Source: Chlorokybus atmophyticus
Taxonomy: Eukaryota > Plantae > Mesostigma and Chlorokybus algae
DNA: 9,492 nt
NCBI GenBank assembly: GCA_009103225.1
Contig: RHPI01002802.1
Coordinates: 1-9,492 of the forward strand
Reading direction: 5' to 3'
The first letter of the stretch is position 1. Each line of letters opens with the position of its first letter. Of this stretch, positions 1 to 8,374 are shown one piece after another. The notes below the pieces were generated by a model, which did not search any database, had not been told where the DNA came from, and worked only from the letters and a program-made list of their open reading frames with translations. Both the position numbers and the translations under genes were made by a program.

Positions 1-848
1 AACTGTTCGCAGAACTCGAAGGCAGGTGCCGCTGACGGCACAACTGGCTTGTGCCGAGAACGGATTCTGCTGCAGGCGCCGTGTGATGTATGTATTCGGC
101 AATCGTTATCATATGATAAGACATTCAGATGATTTCCATGGTAAGCTTGACTATTCCAACTAATCATAGAGTAGGCGAGCATTGCTAGCGCATGTCAAAC
201 CTTTTATTTATTTATTTATAAAAAACACTATTGAGAGAACACCATACTATGAATGGGATGTTTATTCATGACTCTCAATTGATAAAGAAATTTGAACACC
301 ATTATGTGCTTATACAATTAAGCAGTTGCTACACAACTTAATAAAAAATCCATTTCAGATGAGTGCAATACATAGTTATTATTATAAGCAAGATACATGA
401 TAGGAAGTGATGTTTTGCATCCGTGTGTTATGGTATGCTCACTAAGTTATCAATTGCACATGGGCAATGATAATGCTGTTAAAAGCGCGTGATGGTTAAT
501 GTAGTTGCGGAGTTCCACATATATACGCAAATTATACACGTTTTACAATAATTATTATACATAAGCTTGTGTATGTAATAAAACTTTGCATGAAAACATA
601 TGTATCACATGCATACAATATATTGTTGCATATTGCTGATAGATACATTAGCGTAAACACATACCGGTCTCCGTACATTACAATTAAAATAGATTTGGAT
701 TGTCTCAGGTTGCATGTTCAATTAAGTCTGTAAGGCCTTAGCAACACAAAAATCAATGCAATCATCCACCAACTTTATTATCATCATAGCAAGAAATTGA
801 AGTAAAATAACTCGTATAGTAGAGTATGGGTTGTGATGTAGAATTACG

Positions 849-1191
849 GTATACATATTGCTCGATGGATAGTCCGTGTGTGTATAAAGGTATACATTTA
901 TGTGCACATTCGGAGCGTCCGTTGCACAATATATATATGAATTGCCATAAACACACACACGTATAGATATACATATATATATATATATANNNNNNNNNNN
1001 NNNNNNNNNNNNNNNNNNNNNNNNNNNNNNNNNNNNNNNNNNNNNNNNNNNNNNNNNNNNNNNNNNNNNNNNNNNNNNNNNNNNNNNNNNNNNNNNNNNN
1101 NNNNNNNNNNNNNNNNNNNNNNNNNNNNNNNNNNNNNNNNNNNNNNNNNNNNNNNNNNNNNNNNNNNNNNNNNNNNNNNNNNNNNNNNNNN

Positions 1192-1240
<49 letters not shown>

Positions 1241-1351
1241 CATACATGTATGCGTATGTTCAACCCCATGTATATATATTGCCCGAGGAATGCTGCGTAT
1301 GTGTATAAATGTATATATTTATGTACACATGCGGAGCATCCGTCGGACAGT
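849..1351 (+). repeat. Diverged 82-nt direct repeat (849-930 and 1270-1351)
   Basis: Ungapped manual alignment, 66/82 identical (about 80%), including non-microsatellite sequence (ATATTGCyCGA...CGGAGCrTCCGT). Confidence 0.8.
973..1233. repeat. (TA)n microsatellite interrupted by an assembly gap (N 990-1191)
   Basis: Pure AT dinucleotide runs at 973-989 and 1192-1233 abut both sides of 202 Ns. Confidence 0.95.
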
Positions 1352-2549
1352 GTAATATATTCATATATGTGTTTATACACATGCATATACATACAAACAT
1401 GTGTGCATCTTTATATACATGTATGCGTATGTTCATGCATGCACATAACGCGTCTCATATATTATATACAAAAGTTATGTACAAACGCACTACACTCGAG
1501 CATCATTGGTTGATAAAGCGCAACCGCTTACATGTTTTGAGTTACGCATCATCACGAGAAACCACATTGCTGTAAGACCTAAAATGAGGCAATGTGTAAA
1601 AGGGTGATAACTATATCCTTGTAAGAGTATCTTGTCTAGTTGAGCGATTGTATACTTAACACTCTGCAGACACCCATGCGACAACGTATTACTCTGCATA
1701 CACAACAGCATAAACTGACGAACTGTTCCGTGATTATTATGAGCGTGCTTATCGACAGCGAGATCTTCTAACTGGGAATCACCAGCACAGTATTTCCAAC
1801 GACATCTTCCAGCATTGCTTCCGCTTGCAAAAGTGACGTCGAATGCTTTGCCTTGACTGACCCCGAGCCCCTTCAGGTCACCTCAGTCAGGCGTCCGCAG
1901 GCAGGGGATGCCCGCGTTCCGACCTGTAACTTTTTCCGTCCATGATCATCATTGCACCTTGCGCTGCGGCACGCATCAGCGACTTGCCCAAGAATGCACG
2001 CGCGCCGACAGTCGGCGCCGCCGGCGACGCTGGGAATGCTCTTAACAAAGGACTATTTTTATGTTTTGCTAAGCCCGATGAAGAGTCAATTAGGCCTTGG
2101 TTAGAGCAACGTGAGCAATAGGTAGCGCCTATGCAGCATGTTGCATGCTCCATGCGAATCGGCTCGGATCAACTTCATCGTGGTATTTTGTCCGCATGCA
2201 AAGCGTCAGCAGCACATCAACGACTTGCCCAATCGAGGATTTACCGCCTGCACGCATTCCATCGGGGCTGGGCTGAATTCCGCAAACATGCTCAGATGAG
2301 GCGCAAGTAACGCAAAGAACCCTCGCAAACATGCCGGGCGGGTTGCACTTAGGCCTACCTCAGCTCAGCAAAAGCACTGCCGGCACCGACGTGGCGCTGC
2401 CAGTCAGTTACTTTTTGCTTGCTCGTTCCAGTGTGCGGTGGTTTACCTAGTAGTCGACCGCATGAGCTTGTTTGACCAGTGCGAGCGTTTACGCTTTCGC
2501 AAAGCCGGGTGCGCCTGCCGCCGCCGTCGTCGTCGCGCCGTTCGGCCAG

Positions 2550-3000
2550 GTGAGTATAGGTTGTGCCTGGCGCTCTCGCCCGTGCTGTGCGCAATGTGAT
2601 GCTGCCGCCGCCTCGCCTTTCTTCGTCCTGTGTGCTGTGCATATCTGTGGGTATGCGTGCGTCGTGGTCGTGTGCATCAAAACTGTCATGCATGCGGTGA
2701 TGAACTGTCTTTATAGCATGACTTCGCTGCTTAGTGTGTGCGTACATGTGTGCATGTGTGTTTTGTGCGACTGGCATTTGTCATCAGTGTGCGGATTGGT
2801 GTCAATGGCGTTGCTTGTTTGTTTCTCCTTGCGGCATTGTTTGTGTGCTGCTCCGCTGTGCATGTGTCTACATATGCTTCATGACCTTGCTGTTTCTTCC
2901 ATGCACTATTGTTTGGTTGCTCCCCGCGACCATCGCAGCTGCAAACAAAGGAACCCTCAACCCGTCAATTCCAACTCGTTTGTGTGTGTCTGCAATGCAG
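2550..3000 (+). other. Putative 5'-UTR intron upstream of the large gene
   Basis: Strong donor CAG|GTGAGT at 2550 and acceptor ATGCAG| at 3000, 9 nt before the ATG. The interior has the same TG/CATG-rich composition as the downstream introns. No transcript evidence. Confidence 0.45.
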
Positions 3001-3009
3001 GCCGTAAGA

Positions 3010-3116
3010 ATGGGTCGAGGATTTTTGCCGCTGCCGTCGATAACGGCGTCGGCATGGATGCTGTCTCTGGCGCTTCTGGCTGCGTGCGCCTCATCCGTTA
3101 CCGGCACACCCCCATC
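3010..3116 (+). CDS. First coding exon: signal peptide MGRGFLPLPSITASAWMLSLALLAACASSVTG-TPP(S)
   Basis: ATG 3010; hydrophobic core LSLALLAACA followed by small residues (S-V-T-G). The phase-2 donor TC|GTGAGT at 3117 joins in frame to the acceptor GTGCAG|C at 3303. A second in-frame ATG at 3058 is a possible alternative start. Confidence 0.75.
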
Positions 3117-6100
3117 GTGAGTGACAGTATATTCACTGTATTCATGATGTCAGTAGCCACAGAAGCACGGACACAACAACCGCGCTCGGTGCTCATGTCC
3201 TTGTACAGCATGCATGTCACAGGATCGTGGCAACATGCATGTCAGTCTGCTGTGCTTCTTGGCGTGTTTGTTCATGCATGTTGCATGCTCTCTGGTGTGC
3301 AGCGCGGGAGGGCCATACACCGGGAAAGCGTGCAGCGGCGACATCCTCCTGGCAGCCCACAGTGGTGTGGATGCGTGCGGTCAGCCACGCACCCTCACCT
3401 GGGACTTCAACAACGATGGCCAGTTCAACGATGCCGTTGGAGAGACACCGCTGTACTCGACATTCACTTTGCGCCCGGGCGTGTACACGATCAGAGCTCA
3501 AGCCAGCTCTTTGTCCTCCCCCTGCGGGAGTCCTCCCATCGTGGTCAGCACCACCGTCACGCTCATCGCCCCGGCGGTCCCTGTTATACACGACGTGTTC
3601 GTGCGCTCGCAAACTGACAACGATGAAGTGTATGTCGGAGAGCAGTTTGAAGTGGTTGCGGCCACGGAGGTCATGGACTGTGGCCGGCCTTACAACAAAA
3701 CGATTGATTGTGGTCCAGACAATGTGGTGAGCACCTGCTGAAGTGGGTGTGGGTGTGTTGCTCGCTGTCGCTCGGCATTACCAGACATGCACATGTGCGC
3801 GCTGCAGTAGCAATCACTCACAGCTAGGATGCTCACTCTGCTGTTCTGATTGCAGGCAACCTCGACGCAGAATGGTGTCTGTCAGTACAGCAGCTGTCAA
3901 TACAGCAACTGTCAGTACTCTTCTCCTGGCGAAAAGCACATCACCGTCACGTTGGAGCAAGATGGCTTTGTAGCATCCGCGGAATTGGTCATCACAGTCT
4001 ACACCGTATCGTAAGTTTCTGCTGCTGATGATGATGACACGCACGCACGCATGCACGCACATGACCACGAGCACCACTGGTGATGACAGCAGCTAATCCT
4101 CACCAGAATCAGCGGGCCGTATGACTTGATGGCATGCTCTTCTACCACGGTGACGGCGGGTGCGGGTGTCGATGCTTGTGGCCATCAGAGAGTTTTCAAG
4201 TGGGACTTTAACGCCGATGGCGCCTTTAACGACGCCAGCGGCAGCTCCGTTACCTTTGACGACAGCCTCGTGCGCCTCGCCCCCAGCGTGCACACCATCA
4301 GCGTGCGGGCCAGCAGCAACCCCTCCTGCCCAGCCTCTCCTCCTCAAGTGCGCGATACCACTCTCAACATCACCACCACGCCGCCTGTCATCTACAGCGT
4401 GAGCACATTCATCACACCCTTAACCAGCAGCAGCCTGCCCGGCAAAGCACTCGTCGGAGACAGCATCCTGGTTAACGCAGTAAAAGACGTGCTGAGCTGC
4501 CTGCCCTTCACACAAACTGTCGATTGCGGCCCGGACAACGTGGTGAGGGTGGTGTGCCTTTGTTTGTTTGTTTGTTTGTTGTTGCGGTTACACAACTTGG
4601 CATGCTGGTCGGACGTCATCTCCACCAACGCCTTGTGCACGCGCGCTTGCTGCGTACGCGTGCGCGAGCTGGAGCATGTGCGCACGTGCATGCGTGCTTG
4701 AAAGTCCTGCACTTGTGCAATGACAGGGCGACAGTACGGTAGGCAAATGTCAGTACAACAGTGCTGGAGTGAGAGTTATCTCGGTGACGGTGGAGCAGTT
4801 TGGCATCGTGGTGTCCAAAAGCGTCAACATCACTGTCGCAACATTAACGTAAGCAGCATGGCATTACAACACAACACAATGCAATGCCTCGTTGGCAAAC
4901 ATGCAAGCAAGCACGCACGCACGCACGCACACAATGACCTCAGACCATGGTGCCATCTTCAGTATAGGAGGGCCGTACCGCGCGGATCCATGCAGCGTCA
5001 TCAAGCTGAAAGCCGGCGCGATTGCAGATGCATGCGGCGTGGCCCGATCGCTGGCTTGGGACCTGAACAACGACGGCGTGTTCGATGACCTGTTTGGTGG
5101 CGCTTTCATCATCCACGCCTACAACAAGGGCCTCGGTCTCGGTGTCCACACAATCAGCGTCCGCGCCACCAGTAGCTCCTGTTCAAACTCTCCTCCCGAA
5201 GTGGCGAGCACCACCATCACCGTTACCACCCCACGCCTTGTCATCACCAACATAGAAACGTATCCGACGAGCGGCCTCTCGGTTGCGAGCGTCGCGGAGC
5301 GCATTCAAGTGACTGTGCGGAGATCCAGTGCAACCTGCGTACCCGACAACCTCGTGATAGACTGCGGTGCAGACAGTGTGGTGAGTAGCGCTTGCATTGG
5401 TGTGCATCGTGCATGCAGGCAGAGCAGTGGTATGTTGGTTGGTTTTCGAGCACTCGTGCTGTGCGCAGGGTAGCGAGGCGGGATACTGCCGATACAGTAA
5501 TCCAGGCATCAAGACCATCTCCGCCACTGTCGCGCAGTTTGGCGCAATCGCGTCGCTCTCACGCAACATCACAGTAACAGCCTTCTAGTGAGTGTTGTTA
5601 TCACACCTATTGCCTGTCGTGTGGACGTAGTGATCTGAGCGCGTATGCGTGTGTGCGTTCTTGCGCGTGCAGCATGGGAGGGCCATACACCCTCGCCCCG
5701 TGCGCCGTCATTCAGCTTGCAGCTCCAACCACCATTGACGCATGCGGCAGACCGCGTGTCCTTTCGTGGGATTTCAATGACGATGGTGTGTTTGACGACG
5801 GCACGGGGAACAGGCCTTACCTCTATAACGAGCTTTCTCGCCTCGCTCCCGGCGTTCACCCGATACATGTGCAAGTGAGCAGCAATCCCGCGTGCCCCGC
5901 CTCTCCAACTGAAGTGCATACGGTCAATGTGACTGCCACTGCGGGTGCCAAGCCCGACATCCTTCTCATATCCACATTCCCAGCGAGTGGTCACCCTCTT
6001 GCAAGCACCCAAGAGGACATCCGCATATATGTGGATACGGATTATGTGTTCTGCCTGCCTTACACCGTCACCATTGACTGCGGCGCCGACAATGTGGTCA

Positions 6101-8034
6101 GTTGCAACTGTATTGATCCGGCATGTTGGCAACATTGCCTTTAGAGTTTTTTGCTGACTGTGCGCGCGCATATGTGCACAGAGCAATAGGACGTCGTATT
6201 GTCGGTACAGCACGCCCGGACAGAAAGTCATCACCGCCACCATCACGCAGAGTGGCGTCTCCGTCTCGCGCTCCATCAACATCACAATCACTGGCTACTT
6301 GTGAGCGTAATCTTGCATTTGTGGTTGTTGTTGTTGTCGTCTACATCAAGTAGTTAATTCTGATCGCCTCGAGTATGCAGCATCGGAGGGCCGTACTCAG
6401 TGCCCCTGTGCCACGGTGCAATTGTTCTGATAGCCGCGGGGGGGGTCGATGACTGTGGCCATACCCGAAACCTGGCCTGGGACTTCAACAACGACGGCGT
6501 CTTTAATGATGCAACGGGACTGAGCGTGCTTTTCAATGTTGCCGCGCGGCAGCTCCTGCCCGGGGTGTATCCCATAAGTGTGCGTCTCAGTAGCAATACC
6601 GCCTCCTGCCCCGGCTCAATCCCTATTATTCTCACCACCAACGTCACCGTTACCGGCCCCATAACGCCTCCGAAGCTCATCTCCGTGCACGGTTTTCCAG
6701 AAAGCGGCAATGCAAGAGCCACGGTGGGAAACAATAATGCATAAGACAGAGGACCAGATAAGGTACATAGCACCAACACAGAACTGGGTTACAGGTGGGA
6801 GAGGCCATTGAAGTCAACACCCAATACTCGGTAGCTGATTGCCTCCCTTTCAATCTGACCATCGACTGCGGTCTGGACGCCGTGGTGAGAGCGTACAGGC
6901 GCATGTTGCTTTGTGCACACAATTTCAGCACTGTCTGCCTCAGGGAGTGACCCTCTGGTGCCAACTACAGGGCAACAAGACAGCCTTTTGTCAGTATGGC
7001 ACGAGTGGAGTGAGAGTCATCACCGCGACGCTTTCGCAGGAAGGCGTTGAGGTGTCCCTCAGTCTCAATGTGACAGTAACTGCATTCGCCCCATCATGTG
7101 CCACGTAAGTGTGTGTACTTGCAACCATGCACATGGGCGCTCACCACTTCGACATGAATCCCACTCAATGCATGGCCGACAGGGCGGCGTTCCCGGAGGG
7201 GAGAGTGCGTGGGAAGCGGGGTTGTTCTGCAAATCTTTGGCCGGTGTTGCTTGCATGCAACCTTCCCAGTAACATCAAGCCATACACCAAGCTCTACGAT
7301 GCTTTCGCGAGCCGTGCGACAGAGGATGCACAGGTATTGCTTGATGCTTACGCTTATTGGGCTGAGCTGTTGTATGCCAGTGTTGTGCATGCAGTGCGTA
7401 TGCATAAGTGGCTTATATATGCAGCTCATTGAGCGCCTGTTTGGCAACCGTACCATCTCTCAAGCCTTGATCTTCTCAACCCGTCGGGTATGTATCTTAA
7501 TATGAATGTGTATGTGCGTGCAAGCTCGCGTGCTCTTAGTGTATGCGGGCGCCTGCCTGCGCGCAGATGCAGGTCCGCATTAGTGCGTGTGTGTTGACAT
7601 TCAACTTTAGAGTCAACTACTTGTGCATTGTTCCATTTGTCTTCTAGTCATTGACACTTGGACGCCTTAGATTGATGCCTTTGCAAGGGAGGCCACTGCC
7701 GCTCTGCTCAATGCGGAGATGGTGTACTACGCCCAGGTTTGGCTTGTATCAAATTCTCATGAGTTTAATGCATGGTACAATTGTGGTATTAATGCATGGG
7801 GGACTAAAGCGCTTGGTGTTTGCTTGTTAGTGTCCCCTTTCAGTCAAGCTCGACTTCCGCCACGCCTTGTACGATGCGGGCAACATCACAAAACGTAAGT
7901 GGACTCTTGATTACATCTACGCAGTTATGTACTTGACCCTTGTCTCTTTACTTGCAGTTCAACATACAACAAACAAATTCTTCACACAAAACAGTCCTCT
8001 AAGTGGCTGCCCGCTTCCTTTGTGTAGTACTTAG
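3010..8034 (+). CDS. Spliced gene for a ~1103-aa predicted secreted protein with 5 tandem PKD-like (Ig-fold) modules and a C-terminal 'AALLNA...GCPL' domain. Exons: 3010-3116, 3303-3726, 3856-4010, 4107-4542, 4727-4848, 4963-5380, 5469-5587, 5673-6096, 6182-6300, 6381-6723, 6795-6884, 6971-7104, 7183-7333, 7425-7487, 7671-7736, 7831-7894, 7958-8034
   Basis: All 16 introns are GT...AG with compatible phases. Exon lengths sum to 3312 nt (1104 codons) with no internal stop, ending TAG 8032-8034. ORF-track fragments 3214+, 4126+, 4892+, 5653+ and 6400+ are mutually homologous (GGPY...C...D(A/D)CG...WD(F/L)NxDG.F.D...DCG.D.V). The small exons restore a shared C(Q/R)Y...G...I(T/S).T...(N)ITV second half. 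The 3' exons (7183-8034) and the 6724-6794 intron are less certain than the other modules. Confidence 0.85.
3303..4010 (+). repeat. Protein module 1 of 5 (exons 3303-3726 + 3856-4010, 193 aa)
   Basis: AGGPYTGKAC...DACG...WDFNNDGQFNDA...LRPGVYTI...IDCGPDNV|ATSTQNGVCQY...PGEKHITVT...ITV; flanked by phase-2 introns with an internal phase-0 intron. Confidence 0.9.
4107..4848 (+). repeat. Protein module 2 of 5 (exons 4107-4542 + 4727-4848, 186 aa)
   Basis: ISGPY...C...DACG...WDFNADGAFNDA...VDCGPDNV|GDSTVGKCQYNSAGVRVISVT...VNITV; same intron positions and phases. Confidence 0.9.
4963..5587 (+). repeat. Protein module 3 of 5 (exons 4963-5380 + 5469-5587, 179 aa)
   Basis: IGGPY...C...DACG...WDLNNDGVFDD...IDCGADSV|GSEAGYCRYSNPGIKTISAT...RNITV; same intron positions and phases. 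Confidence 0.9.
5673..6300 (+). repeat. Protein module 4 of 5 (exons 5673-6096 + 6182-6300, 181 aa)
   Basis: MGGPY...C...DACG...WDFNDDGVFDD...IDCGADNV|SNRTSYCRYSTPGQKVITAT...INITI; donor is GTCAGT at the homologous position. Confidence 0.9.
6381..7104 (+). repeat. Protein module 5 of 5 (exons 6381-6723 + 6795-6884 + 6971-7104, 189 aa)
   Basis: IGGPY...C...DDCG...WDFNNDGVFNDA...RAT|VGEAIEV...IDCGLDAV|GNKTAFCQYGTSGVRVITAT...LNVTV; needs removal of an extra 71-nt segment (6724-6794). Confidence 0.85.
6724..6794 (+). other. Module-5-specific 71-nt intron or insertion flanked by the direct repeat GGTGGGA (6723-6729, 6794-6800)
   Basis: Begins GT, ends CAG, contains an in-frame TAA (6742-6744), and its length is not a multiple of 3. 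Exact removal restores a gap-free alignment with modules 3 and 4. Confidence 0.7.
7183..8034 (+). CDS. Five 3' exons encoding a linker with RVRGKR and a ~127-aa C-terminal domain (GCSANLWP...IKPYTKLYDAF...LFGNRTISQAL...FAREATAALLNAEMVYY...NSPLSGCPLPLCST*)
   Basis: GT-AG junctions at 7334/7424, 7488/7670, 7737/7830 and 7895/7957 give one open frame to TAG 8034. Competing acceptors (7647, 7843) shift the frame and lose the AALLNA or GCPL motifs. Confidence 0.7.
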
Positions 8035-8374
8035 AACTTGACAATCCATGCTTATTAATAGATCAATACTCCTCAATTGTTTACGTTTGGTCTACATTGA
8101 TGGTTTTATATTATTTGTATTCATATATGTGGGCATGCTTAGGTTTACTTAGTAGGTAAAGTTGTTGCAATGGTTTAATGATAGTGGCGCGTATGATACG
8201 TGATTTGTTCAATGAAAAGTTGATTGTTGATTGAGCAAATGCATACACATGCAGATTGTGATATAAGTATGCCTACTTGTTCGCTATATACACTGATGTA
8301 ACTTTAACATGAGTGTAAAGTTGATGAGAAATCTCTCTCACGTTGATGTTGCATCCGCAACATTGTATATATGG

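Noticed and set aside
1-110. GC-rich start of the window, possibly the tail of a neighbouring exon
   Set aside because: Too short; frame and strand cannot be determined
722-1575. ORFs on both strands around the gap (YIYIYI-type translations)
   Set aside because: Artefacts of (TA)n and N runs with low-complexity translations; no splice or homology support
1740-2460. GC-richer segment with short ORFs (1887-2153 minus, 2129-2332 minus) and an 18-nt near repeat CATCArCGACTTGCCCAA (1974-1991, 2215-2232)
   Set aside because: No recognisable protein, no consistent exon chain, and the single short repeat could be chance. It may be promoter/5' region or a decayed element, but I cannot support a call.
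2472-3617. 381-aa + strand ORF, the longest in the track
   Set aside because: Starts at TTG, runs through TG/CATG-rich intron-like sequence (Cys/Val/Met-rich translation), then overlaps the real exon 3303-3726 in the wrong frame
4040-6340. Short intronic microsatellites: (GCAC)n ~4040-4060 and ~4910-4930, (TTTG)n ~4559-4578, (GTT)n ~6325-6337
   Set aside because: Ordinary intron low-complexity sequence, not shared between homologous introns
3217-6964. Minus-strand ORFs over the gene (e.g. 5569-6291, 240 aa; 6354-6779)
   Set aside because: Antisense shadows of GC-rich coding exons; no recognisable motifs of their own, while the + frame carries the conserved repeat
3303-7104. Repeats considered as a CRISPR array or transposon-derived
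   Set aside because: Similarity is at protein level over ~180 aa with spliceosomal introns; no short identical DNA repeats with spacers and no transposase or reverse-transcriptase motifs
4010-7108. In-frame stops immediately after phase-2 donors (NN|G-TAA or NN|G-TGA)
   Set aside because: An automatic consequence of the GTRA donor consensus in phase 2, not evidence of a dedicated mechanism
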